This document shows, one piece after another, positions 8,990 through 17,612 of a stretch of 64,000 bases of DNA. Numbering within the stretch: position 1 is the stretch's first letter; the number at the start of each line of letters is the position of its first letter. The translations under genes were made by a program, and so were the position numbers. Source of the stretch: a virus; IMG/VR virus record IMGVR_UViG_3300002131_000090, positions 32,001 to 96,000 of that record; one strand, written 5' to 3'. The notes below the pieces were generated by a model, which saw nothing but the letters and a program-made list of their open reading frames with translations, was not told the origin of the DNA and did no database searches.

Positions 8990-9969
8990 GCACTTATATT
9001 TTAGTAGACACAGCAAACACTTTCTTTAGAGCTCGTCACGTAGTACGTGGCGATATCGATACAAAGGTAGGCATGGCACTACACATTACACTAAATAGTG
9101 TAAAGAAAGCATGGACTGACTTTAATGCAGATCATGTTGTATTCTGTTTAGAAGGACGCAGTTGGCGCAAAGACTATTACGAGCCCTACAAACGTAACAG
9201 ACAAGTTGCACGGGACGCTCTTACTGTGCGTGAGCAGGAAGAAGATACAGCGTTCTGGGAAATCTTTGACGAGTTTAAAAACTTTGTATCTGAGAAGACT
9301 AACTGTACTGTTATGCGTCATCCGCAACTAGAAGCAGATGATTTGATTGCAGGTTGGGTACAAGCACATCCTAATGATAATCATGTTATTATTAGTACAG
9401 ACGGTGACTTTGCACAGCTTATTAGTCCTCGTGTACGTCAGTACAACGGTGTTGCTAATATGACTATCACACACGAAGGTTACTTTGACGACAAAGGCAA
9501 GCCTGTAATTGACAAGAAGACTAAAGAAGCAAAGCCTGCGCCTAATCCTGCATTTATGTTGTTTGAGAAATGTATGCGTGGTGATACTAGTGATAATGTC
9601 TTTAGTGCATATCCTGGTGTTAGAACCAAAGGCACTAAGAACAAGATTGGTCTTACAGAAGCATTTGCTGATAAACATACAAAAGGGTTTAGTTGGAACA
9701 ACATGATGCTACAACGTTGGGTAGATCACAACGGGGTCGAACATCGTGTGTTAGACGACTATAATCGTAACGTTGTTTTGTGCGATTTAACTGCGCAACC
9801 TATTGATATTAAAAGTTTAATAAACGAAACTATAAACAATGTAGAATCTAAAGAAATTGCACAAGTTGGAATGAAACTTATGAAATTTTGTGCTAAATGG
9901 GATATGCAACGTATTGCAGATCATGCAGCGCAGTATGCAGAACCGTTAAATGCAAGGTATGTAAAATGA
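8986..9969 (+). CDS. 5'-3' exonuclease / T4 RNase H-like flap nuclease
   Basis: ILVD, YKRNR, LEADDLIA, STDGDFAQL, GDTSDNV acidic motifs. Confidence 0.9.
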   Translation: MSTYILVDTANTFFRARHVVRGDIDTKVGMALHITLNSVKKAWTDFNADHVVFCLEGRSWRKDYYEPYKRNRQVARDALTVREQEEDTAFWEIFDEFKNFVSEKTNCTVMRHPQLEADDLIAGWVQAHPNDNHVIISTDGDFAQLISPRVRQYNGVANMTITHEGYFDDKGKPVIDKKTKEAKPAPNPAFMLFEKCMRGDTSDNVFSAYPGVRTKGTKNKIGLTEAFADKHTKGFSWNNMMLQRWVDHNGVEHRVLDDYNRNVVLCDLTAQPIDIKSLINETINNVESKEIAQVGMKLMKFCAKWDMQRIADHAAQYAEPLNARYVK

Positions 9970-10451
9970 AAGAACAAAAAATTATAGTTAAACCTATATT
10001 AGAGGATAAATTTTGGATTGTAGAAGATTCAGGAGTGCGTATAGGCACACTTAGTAAAGACAATGACACATACGTTTATTCAAGTAAAGGAAAAGTTTCT
10101 TTATATGCAAACGAAAGTCAATTAACTAAGAAGTTTGGAAAAAACTTTCTAACTGCAAAAATTATAAAAAATAACAGCAATAATAGTAATTTTGATGTTA
10201 ACGGGTATACAACTAGATCAAATCCGTATAACAGCATGTATGATATATCTCGAAAGTTACCATTATTCACCAAAAGTCCCAAAAGCACAAGCATTTACTG
10301 TGCAGGGTACTATTTGGTTAAATTTAATGTTAATTGGCTTCGGAGTTTTTGTCCTAAACTAATTACAGTTGAACGTAATGAATATATAGGACCTTTTAAA
10401 ACAGAACTAGAAATGAAAGCAGCACTGAGTAATGTCAATCGATCCAATTAA
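9966..10451 (+). CDS. Hypothetical phage protein
   Basis: Likely ATG 9966 (ATGA-type coupling to the nuclease gene). Confidence 0.65.
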   Translation: MKEQKIIVKPILEDKFWIVEDSGVRIGTLSKDNDTYVYSSKGKVSLYANESQLTKKFGKNFLTAKIIKNNSNNSNFDVNGYTTRSNPYNSMYDISRKLPLFTKSPKSTSIYCAGYYLVKFNVNWLRSFCPKLITVERNEYIGPFKTELEMKAALSNVNRSN

Positions 10452-10677
10452 CACTATACCAATACAGCAATTTATACAACAAGTAAAATCAGCAGACTCA
10501 ACTAATCAAAAAGAAATACGTTTAACTATAGTAGATGCTAAAAATCTTGCATTTACATTAGGAATTGTTATGAGTAGATTACAAGGTGATTTAGAAAAAC
10601 TTGTAAAAGAAAATGCCGGGGCAGGAGTTGACGACTTAATAAAGGTTGAAATAGGATCAACTAGTAGTAACTGGTGA
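10432..10677 (+). CDS. Hypothetical phage protein
   Basis: 81-aa ORF in operon. Confidence 0.6.
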   Translation: MSIDPINTIPIQQFIQQVKSADSTNQKEIRLTIVDAKNLAFTLGIVMSRLQGDLEKLVKENAGAGVDDLIKVEIGSTSSNW

Positions 10678-10696
10678 ATTATCTAATCCAAATTTG

Positions 10697-10703
10697 ATAA
10701 ATA
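10697..10703 (+). promoter_or_regulatory. Possible T4-type late promoter (ATAAATA)
   Basis: gATAAATAtat in the intergenic gap, followed by AAGGA and ATG 10736. Confidence 0.45.
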
Positions 10704-10735
10704 TATACGTAGTTAATTAAAGGACAACGTATACC

Positions 10736-11023
10736 ATGTCTAGACCAAAACCAAAAGTGTTATTAGAATACACCAATAATCGTAATTATAAAACAGAACA
10801 AGTGTTAGATGCAGAAGCAATATGGGCAGTTTTTTATAAAAAACAGCCGTTCAATCTTAAAAGTTCTAATAGTTTAACAAGTTATCCAGGTCCTAAATAT
10901 AAAAAAACCAGTTTCTCAAATCCAGGTCATGCTATTAACTTGGCTAAAAAATTAAATTCTACATTTAAAACCAAAGACTTCGGTGTGTATAAACTAACTT
11001 CGGGCGAAGAAATACAAGAATAA
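10736..11023 (+). CDS. Conserved hypothetical phage protein (basic)
   Basis: MSRPKPKVLLE...GPKYKKTSFSNPGHA; RBS present. Confidence 0.7.
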   Translation: MSRPKPKVLLEYTNNRNYKTEQVLDAEAIWAVFYKKQPFNLKSSNSLTSYPGPKYKKTSFSNPGHAINLAKKLNSTFKTKDFGVYKLTSGEEIQE

Positions 11024-11397
11024 TGAATAAAATTGTCTATACTAAAGTCTTTTTGAAAGAACTAGATAAAAGTACAAATGATGTAGAAGTAAAAGGGTAT
11101 TTGCCATTATGGTGGCAAAATACTAGAGAGAATGGTGGACTAAGGTTAACCGAAGAAGGATTTAATATAATAAATCAAATTGAGTTAACTATGTATGACA
11201 TTCCGTTTCCGTTAGATATGCCAATCACCTCCCAAGTTATAATATTTTTAGACAAATTTATAGACTGCCCTTACTATGTAACCAAAACTAGTATTTGGGT
11301 TACTGGAGAGAGAAAAGCAGTAGAGTTAACTCTATTTTCAGGAGACATCAGAAAGTATGGGCTTGCAAAAGCATTATCGAGATCAAAAGATATTTAA
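11023..11397 (+). CDS. Conserved hypothetical phage protein
   Basis: TAATG coupling; WWQN..GGLRLTEEG motif. Confidence 0.7.
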   Translation: MNKIVYTKVFLKELDKSTNDVEVKGYLPLWWQNTRENGGLRLTEEGFNIINQIELTMYDIPFPLDMPITSQVIIFLDKFIDCPYYVTKTSIWVTGERKAVELTLFSGDIRKYGLAKALSRSKDI

Positions 11398-11431
11398 TTT
11401 AAACTTTTCTGAAAAATAACAAAAAAAACAG

Positions 11432-11476
11432 TTGACATTAACCCTAGATAATGTTATAAACGTACATAGGCACTGA
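11432..11476 (+). promoter_or_regulatory. Sigma70-type promoter plus ATAGGCACTGA element
   Basis: TTGACA-17-TATAAA, then ATAGGCACTGA at 11466-11476. Confidence 0.75.
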
Positions 11477-11500
11477 TTAACAACATAGAAGGAATACAGA

Positions 11501-12586
11501 ATGTCCGACAATACTCGCACCGTTAGTCCGAACAAAGCTAAAAACGCAATTCGTCATGCAATGCTTAAAAAACGTCCACTGTTCCTCTGGGGTCCTCCAG
11601 GAATTGGTAAATCTGATATTGTAGCACAAATCTGCGAGAGCTTTACTAATAGTTATCTTATTGATATTCGTTTGTCGCTTTGGGAGCCTACAGACATTAA
11701 AGGTATTCCGTATTTTGATAGCAACTCGGGTACAATGGTTTGGGGTGCGCCTTCGGAACTTCCTACACAAGAATTTGCAAAACAGTACGATACAATTGTA
11801 CTTTTCCTAGACGAAATGAACTCAGCGGCTCCTGCTGTACAAGCAGCAGCATATCAGTTGATTTTGAATCGTAAAGTTGGCACTTATAAACTGCCAGACA
11901 ATGTAATGATTGTTGCAGCAGGTAACAGAGAAGCAGACAAAGGTGTTACGTATCGTATGCCTGCTCCGTTGTCTAACCGTTTTGTTCACTTAGAACTTTC
12001 TGTAGACTTCGACGATTGGTTTCAATGGAGTATTGACAATAAAATTCACAAGGACGTAGTTGGTTTCTTAACATTTAGTAAGAAAGACCTATACGACTTT
12101 GATCCACGTTCTCCTAGTCGTTCGTTTGCAACTCCACGTAGTTGGTCGTTTGTTAGCGAACTACTTGAAGATGACTTAGACGAAGCTACTACCACTGACC
12201 TAGTTGCAGGTGCAGTAGGTGAAGGGCTTGCGGTTAAGTTTATGGCTCACCGTAAGGTTGCTAGTAGTATGCCAAACCCGTCTGATATTTTAGACGGTAA
12301 GGTAAAAGAGATGAAATCTAAAGAAATCAGTGCCATGTATTCCTTAACGGTTTCGCTTTGCTACGAACTTAAAGAAGCAGCAGATAAAAACGATAAGAAG
12401 TTTGATAACAAAGTACATAACTTCTTACGTTTTGCAATGGATAACTTTGAAACAGAACTAATTGTTATGGGTATTAAACTTGCCCTTACGCAATATGCTC
12501 TGCCAATTGATCCAGATTCCGTTGAATGCTTTGATGAGTTCCATGAGCGCTACGGCAAGTATATTAAAGCAGCTCAAAGTTCTTAA
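11501..12586 (+). CDS. MoxR-like AAA+ ATPase
   Basis: Walker A GPPGIGKS, Walker B LFLDEMN, sensor AAGN, arginine finger LSNRF, TPRSW. Confidence 0.9.
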   Translation: MSDNTRTVSPNKAKNAIRHAMLKKRPLFLWGPPGIGKSDIVAQICESFTNSYLIDIRLSLWEPTDIKGIPYFDSNSGTMVWGAPSELPTQEFAKQYDTIVLFLDEMNSAAPAVQAAAYQLILNRKVGTYKLPDNVMIVAAGNREADKGVTYRMPAPLSNRFVHLELSVDFDDWFQWSIDNKIHKDVVGFLTFSKKDLYDFDPRSPSRSFATPRSWSFVSELLEDDLDEATTTDLVAGAVGEGLAVKFMAHRKVASSMPNPSDILDGKVKEMKSKEISAMYSLTVSLCYELKEAADKNDKKFDNKVHNFLRFAMDNFETELIVMGIKLALTQYALPIDPDSVECFDEFHERYGKYIKAAQSS

Positions 12587-12604
12587 TATACAGCAGAGTC
12601 ATAG

Positions 12605-12637
12605 GAATAGGCAGCAATTCGGAGATGCTGCCTATTC
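12605..12637 (+). terminator. 12-bp stem-loop, possible terminator or processing site
   Basis: GAATAGGCAGCA / TGCTGCCTATTC perfect inverted repeat with a 9-nt loop; no strong U-tract. Confidence 0.55.
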
Positions 12638-12650
12638 TACTATTATGAGG

Positions 12651-12694
12651 TTGACATTATGATTAAATATGTTATATTATAGTATAGGCACTGA
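12651..12694 (+). promoter_or_regulatory. Sigma70-type promoter plus ATAGGCACTGA element
   Basis: TTGACA-16-TATATT (TG extended), ATAGGCACTGA at 12684-12694, GAGG RBS. Confidence 0.7.
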
Positions 12695-12708
12695 AAAAGA
12701 GGTACATT

Positions 12709-13992
12709 ATGTCTGTTAAAAAAACTGCTAGTAAAATTAAAAACTGGGAACCAAATCCTAATCTTACTACAGAAGAACTAGAAACAATGCGTGTAGAAGT
12801 GCTCGATCGTATTGTTATAGCTCGAGTTGGGCTATTGCTTCGTCATCCGTTTTTTGGAAATATGGCAACACGTCTAAAAATACAAGCTGCTGACGAATGG
12901 TGCCCTACTGCTGCGGTAGACGGCCGTACACTTTATTTTAACACTCAATTTTTTAATGCTATGAACAATAAAGAAGTTGAGTTTGTTATTGCTCACGAAA
13001 TTCTGCATTGTGTATTTGATCACTTAGGACGTCGAGATCAGCGTAATCCTAAATTGTATAACATTGCTGCTGACTACATTGTAAACAATCTACTTGTACG
13101 TGATCGAATTGGTGCAAAACCTAAAGTTGTCAATTGTTACCAAGATTTTAAATATGATAAGTGGACTAGTGAAGAAGTATACGAAGACTTGTTTAAACAA
13201 GCAGAAAAAAACGGACAAGACTATCTTGACCAACTAGGCGAAATGCTAGATGAACATTTGGATTTAGAAGGCGATGGCAGCGACGATGGCGATAACAAAG
13301 ATGGCAAAAGTGGCCGTCCCCGTTACAGTAAAGCAGAACTTGATCAGATTAAAGACGAGATCAAAGAAGCTATGTTGAGCGCTGCTCAAGCTGCCGGTGC
13401 AGGTAATACACCTGGTGAGATTGCCCGTATGATTAAAGATCTAACAGAGCCAAAAATGAACTGGCGTGAACTACTACGTCAGCAAATCCAAAGTACTGTA
13501 CGCAACGATTATACATTTAGTCGTCCTAGCCGTAAGGGACAAATGACTGGTGCTATTTTGCCAGGTATGAACTTTGATGAAACTATTGACATTTGCATTG
13601 CACTTGATATGAGCGGATCAATTGGCGACGAGCAAGCACGTGACTTCTTAAGCGAAATTAAAGGCATTATGGACGAATATAAAGACTACAACATTAAATT
13701 GTGGTGCTTTGATACTAAAGTGTATAACGAGCAAGACTTTAGTGCAGACGGCGGCGATGATTTGATGGACTATGAGATCAAAGGCGGCGGTGGCACTGAC
13801 TTTGATGCTAACTGGACATATATGAAAGAAGAAGGCATTGAGCCTAAGAAGTTCATTATGTTTACAGATGGATATCCCTGGAGTAGTTGGGGTGATGAGA
13901 ATTATTGCGACACAATCTTTATTGTCCATAGTCACCCTAACAAAAATCTAGAAGCACCGTTTGGAATGACAGCACACTATGATGCGGCATAG
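12709..13992 (+). CDS. Metallopeptidase-like + vWA domain protein (DUF2201-like), partner of the MoxR ATPase
   Basis: HEILH zinc motif; MIDAS DMSGS, GGGGTDF, FTDG. Confidence 0.85.
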   Translation: MSVKKTASKIKNWEPNPNLTTEELETMRVEVLDRIVIARVGLLLRHPFFGNMATRLKIQAADEWCPTAAVDGRTLYFNTQFFNAMNNKEVEFVIAHEILHCVFDHLGRRDQRNPKLYNIAADYIVNNLLVRDRIGAKPKVVNCYQDFKYDKWTSEEVYEDLFKQAEKNGQDYLDQLGEMLDEHLDLEGDGSDDGDNKDGKSGRPRYSKAELDQIKDEIKEAMLSAAQAAGAGNTPGEIARMIKDLTEPKMNWRELLRQQIQSTVRNDYTFSRPSRKGQMTGAILPGMNFDETIDICIALDMSGSIGDEQARDFLSEIKGIMDEYKDYNIKLWCFDTKVYNEQDFSADGGDDLMDYEIKGGGGTDFDANWTYMKEEGIEPKKFIMFTDGYPWSSWGDENYCDTIFIVHSHPNKNLEAPFGMTAHYDAA

Positions 13993-14278
13993 AGAAAAAA
14001 CTATAAACCCATTAAATGTTTTAAAAATAAGGAAGGTAGAGTTCTGTCCTCCTTATTTTGAAACTATAACTATAGAACTAACTTACAATCTATCAAAGGC
14101 ATTAAACGAATGGATATTTGATAATCTTTCAGGAAGATATTATATAGGAGATTCGATAGGATTGCAAGACAATGACTTTGATAAGAAAATACATAGAAAA
14201 ATAAAAGTAGGTTTTGAAAATTCTAAAGAGATGAGTTACTTTATGTTAGCTTGTCCACTTTTGAAATACAACAAATAA
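13979..14278 (+). CDS. Hypothetical phage protein
   Basis: 99-aa ORF in operon. Confidence 0.6.
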   Translation: MMRHREKTINPLNVLKIRKVEFCPPYFETITIELTYNLSKALNEWIFDNLSGRYYIGDSIGLQDNDFDKKIHRKIKVGFENSKEMSYFMLACPLLKYNK

Positions 14279-14312
14279 AAATAGCATATATAATTTATAA
14301 AAGGAGAAAAGT

Positions 14313-14558
14313 ATGTCTACCCAACCACAACCGGATAACACTAACGAGTTAACAATTCAAGATTTAGCCCTTATGAAAGGTATTATTGATCTTGCAAGTG
14401 AACGCAGTGCGTTTAAACCTGCCGAAATGGCAGCAGTTGGTACAATCTACAATAAACTAACTAACTTTTTAAAAGTTGTAGAAGAGCAATCAAAAGCAGC
14501 ACAAGCAGCACAAGCAGCACAAGTAGAAGATGCAGCACCAGAAAGTGTAGAGGAATAA
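14313..14558 (+). CDS. Hypothetical phage protein with an (AAQ)3 repeat
   Basis: AAGGAG RBS; GCAGCACAA x3. Confidence 0.7.
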   Translation: MSTQPQPDNTNELTIQDLALMKGIIDLASERSAFKPAEMAAVGTIYNKLTNFLKVVEEQSKAAQAAQAAQVEDAAPESVEE

Positions 14559-14559
14559 C

Positions 14560-15195
14560 ATGTCTTTAAAACACGTTGGAAGATTTAAAAATAGCAAAAA
14601 AAGAGTTATTGTAGCATATCGTACTATACCAGGAGACCCTTATAGTGCTCTTGTTGTTGCAACCGAGTCATTGCCTGCTGACGAACACGATTCGTTAATT
14701 AAACTTGTTGAATCAGCTGCTGGGCAAGAAGCAATTGAATTAGCTGATGCAATGTCTAGAACATGGTTTAATGATGGCAGAAATATACTTGCAGGGCTTC
14801 ATAGCACTGGCAAACTTAGAAAAGTAAGTACAAAGGATGTCGAAATGGTTCCTGATTCAAAAACAAACATTGGATTAGATGAACTTAATGAACTTATTGC
14901 AAAACAAAAAGGTATTTCAATAGAAGACCTAGCAATTAAAGCACCTGGTGATACTAGTCCTGCTAAAAAGGTTGAAACAAATGTACAAAATCCAGTAGAT
15001 GCATATACATCTTCTAACATGAATGCAATGGACGAAGTTATTACAACCAGTGAAACTGTATTAGACGACGATTCACTTGCTGCACAATTGCGTAGTCAAG
15101 CAGATGCTATGTTTAAAGAAGCAAAGCGTTTAAGAGAACAAGCAGAAGATCTGGCTCCTACTAAGAAGAAAGCTAAAATTACAGAAGGTGCCTAA
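14560..15195 (+). CDS. Conserved hypothetical phage protein
   Basis: GAGGA RBS; 211 aa with a coiled-coil-like C-terminus. Confidence 0.7.
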   Translation: MSLKHVGRFKNSKKRVIVAYRTIPGDPYSALVVATESLPADEHDSLIKLVESAAGQEAIELADAMSRTWFNDGRNILAGLHSTGKLRKVSTKDVEMVPDSKTNIGLDELNELIAKQKGISIEDLAIKAPGDTSPAKKVETNVQNPVDAYTSSNMNAMDEVITTSETVLDDDSLAAQLRSQADAMFKEAKRLREQAEDLAPTKKKAKITEGA

Positions 15196-15505
15196 AAAGA
15201 AAATAATACTCACTCCAGAACAACAAGAAAGTTGGCACGAAATATTTGACGATATAGAGATGTCTTATCTTCCTATAGAATATATAGACAGATTACTAGT
15301 TAAGTTTAAAGACGGAACCACCTGGGACATTGATATAACTGATAGTAAAAGAAAACAATCGCTCGAGGAAATTGAAGATAGTCTTGAAGAAATGTTTGAA
15401 GAATACGATGAGTTAATTGACGCTTTAGACTTTAGACTAGACATAGATCGTGTAAAACACGACTTGACTAGAAGAGTCTTTAAATTTCTTAAATTAAATA
15501 AGTGA
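15188..15505 (+). CDS. Hypothetical acidic phage protein
   Basis: 105-aa ORF overlapping the upstream stop. Confidence 0.65.
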   Translation: MPKKKIILTPEQQESWHEIFDDIEMSYLPIEYIDRLLVKFKDGTTWDIDITDSKRKQSLEEIEDSLEEMFEEYDELIDALDFRLDIDRVKHDLTRRVFKFLKLNK

Positions 15506-15559
15506 TAAGTTGACTAGAGTGATAAATATATGTAACAATCACTCTAGGAGACTTATCAC
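15502..15559 (+). promoter_or_regulatory. RBS-sequestering hairpin with an internal late-type promoter (ATAAATA 15522-15528)
   Basis: GTGATAAGT/ACTTATCAC and CTAGAGTGAT/ATCACTCTAG pairings; AGGAG lies in the 3' arm, which ends at ATG 15560. Confidence 0.8.
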
Positions 15560-17602
15560 ATGACATTGCGACTAAGACGCGGCACAGATGCACAAAGGCT
15601 AAGTATTACACCAGCCGAAGGCGAAGCAATATACACAACCGATACTAAAAAAGTTTATATCGGCGACGGAACCACTGCAGGAGGCATTCTAGTAACTGGT
15701 GGCGGTTCAGGTGGTGGCGGATTAGCTGCTGTTGTAGATGATACAACTCCAGAGCTTGGTGGAGATTTAGATCTAGCTGGATTTGCAGTAATAGGTTCGG
15801 GTGACATAGCAATTACCGGCGATATTAGCGCTCGCTTTATACAAGCCGATTTTAACGGTAATATAGTAGCTGATGATAGTACAATAATCGTTAACATTGC
15901 TACAAGCAATGCTTCATTCAATAACGTAATTGCAAATAATATGACTGTTGTAGATCAAATTGTAGCAGGAAATGTAATTGAAGCGCCTCTCTTTAACGGA
16001 TCGTTTAACGGCGAATTTACTGGTAGTGTTTTTACAGATAACAGTACATTAATTATAGACGGGACAACTGGGGTAATTGATACAACTAGCGGTCTAAATT
16101 ATAATGGATTTATGACTATAGAATCAACTCGAGAGGGTTTAACTTCTACAGTTGAGTTTATTAATACCGGTGAAGCACAAGAAGTAAACTATGTAAGAAC
16201 AGATGCAGGAACGCAATCTGATGTGCGTATCGGATCAACGTCGTTTTTCCAAGTCGACGATACAGGTACTACACAATACGGAGTTATAAGTGGGTGGCAC
16301 TCGGGCATATATTTATTGGCCTCATCTATCGGAGATGACGTTGAAGAAAGCTATGTAAGTTTTATTGATGGCGCGATTGTTGTTGGAGGTTATTATCCAG
16401 ACGCTAAATTAGATGTACGAGGTGATGCTATTATTACTGGCGGACTTACTGCTGATTTAACCGGTAGTGTGTTTGCTGATGACAGTACTCTATTAGTAGA
16501 TGCTGTTAACGGAACAATCAATCTAGAGAATACTTCAATAGAGACATTGCTTGATGTAAATATAGTAAGTCCTACAACAAATCAAGTTTTAAAGTACGAT
16601 GGTGCAAACTGGGTTAATGCTGCGGACGCTGGTGCTGCTAGTGCAATAAGTATTAATGGTGTAACGCAAGCTGCTACAGGCGTAGTTACAACCGATTCAG
16701 CACACGGATTATATGACGGACAATCAGTTACTATTGTTGATGTAGTTGGCATGACAGAACTTAATGGCAATGATTATTATGCCGATGTATTAACTTCGGC
16801 TACATTTGGGTTGTATTCGGATGCTGCATTAACAACTCCAGTAGACACTAGCGGCTTTACACTTTATGATTCAGCCGGTACTGTTACAGGTGGTGCACCA
16901 ACTAATGCACTTACATTAAACAATCAATCAGCAGCATATTATCTAGCATGGACTAACATTACTAGTAAGCCAACAACAATAAGTGGTTACGGAATTAGTG
17001 ACGCAGTTGCAGATTTTGCCGATTTAGGGGCTACTCCAACTACGTTAGCAGGATACGGAATCAGTGATGCAGTAGCATCAAGTTCTATTTCAGTATTTGG
17101 TGCGTCATTAATTGACGATGCCAATGACACAACAGCAAGAACTACACTAGGATTAGGTACAGCAGCAACTACAGCAGCTACTGACTATGCTACAGCAGCA
17201 CAAGGGTCAACAGCCGACACAGCAGTACAACCAGCAGCATTAGGCAACTTTACATTTACAGGTAGTGTATTAGACAGCAGTGATAGTAGTAGTATTACAG
17301 TCACTCCAGCAGTTACAATGAGCAGCGACTTAACTGTCGAAAATGACTTGCGTGTGACAAATACTGTTTATGCTGAAAGATTTGAAAGCACAAGTACTGG
17401 TACTCCAGAAATTGTTGCTGCAGCAAACTTAGACTTAACAGCAGGAAATGCAGTACGTATTACAAGTAGTGTCCTAAGACTGGCTAGTTTTACCAGTGCC
17501 GAACGTGATGCATTAGCAGCACAGAATGGTGATGTTATTTATAATACTTCATTAAACAAATTCCAAGGGTATGAAAACGGTGCTTGGGCTAACTTAATCT
17601 AA
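15560..17602 (+). CDS. Tail-fibre-like virion protein with an Mtd-type N-terminal domain
   Basis: LRLRRGT...PAEGEAIYTTDTKKVYIGDG N-terminus; G/T/S/D/A-rich; repeats GSVFxDxSTLxxD and PTTxxGYGISDA; C-terminal GDVIYNTSLNKFQGY. Confidence 0.75.
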   Translation: MTLRLRRGTDAQRLSITPAEGEAIYTTDTKKVYIGDGTTAGGILVTGGGSGGGGLAAVVDDTTPELGGDLDLAGFAVIGSGDIAITGDISARFIQADFNGNIVADDSTIIVNIATSNASFNNVIANNMTVVDQIVAGNVIEAPLFNGSFNGEFTGSVFTDNSTLIIDGTTGVIDTTSGLNYNGFMTIESTREGLTSTVEFINTGEAQEVNYVRTDAGTQSDVRIGSTSFFQVDDTGTTQYGVISGWHSGIYLLASSIGDDVEESYVSFIDGAIVVGGYYPDAKLDVRGDAIITGGLTADLTGSVFADDSTLLVDAVNGTINLENTSIETLLDVNIVSPTTNQVLKYDGANWVNAADAGAASAISINGVTQAATGVVTTDSAHGLYDGQSVTIVDVVGMTELNGNDYYADVLTSATFGLYSDAALTTPVDTSGFTLYDSAGTVTGGAPTNALTLNNQSAAYYLAWTNITSKPTTISGYGISDAVADFADLGATPTTLAGYGISDAVASSSISVFGASLIDDANDTTARTTLGLGTAATTAATDYATAAQGSTADTAVQPAALGNFTFTGSVLDSSDSSSITVTPAVTMSSDLTVENDLRVTNTVYAERFESTSTGTPEIVAAANLDLTAGNAVRITSSVLRLASFTSAERDALAAQNGDVIYNTSLNKFQGYENGAWANLI

Positions 17603-17612
17603 GGACTAAATC

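Noticed and set aside
14496-14522. GCAGCACAA x3 tandem repeat
   Set aside because: An in-frame low-complexity AAQ linker, not a CRISPR or regulatory array.
15560-17602. Diversity-generating retroelement suggested by the Mtd-like N-terminus
   Set aside because: No reverse transcriptase and no template/variable repeat pair with adenine-specific mismatches was seen. The duplicated gene ends elsewhere differ at all base types, mostly at silent sites.
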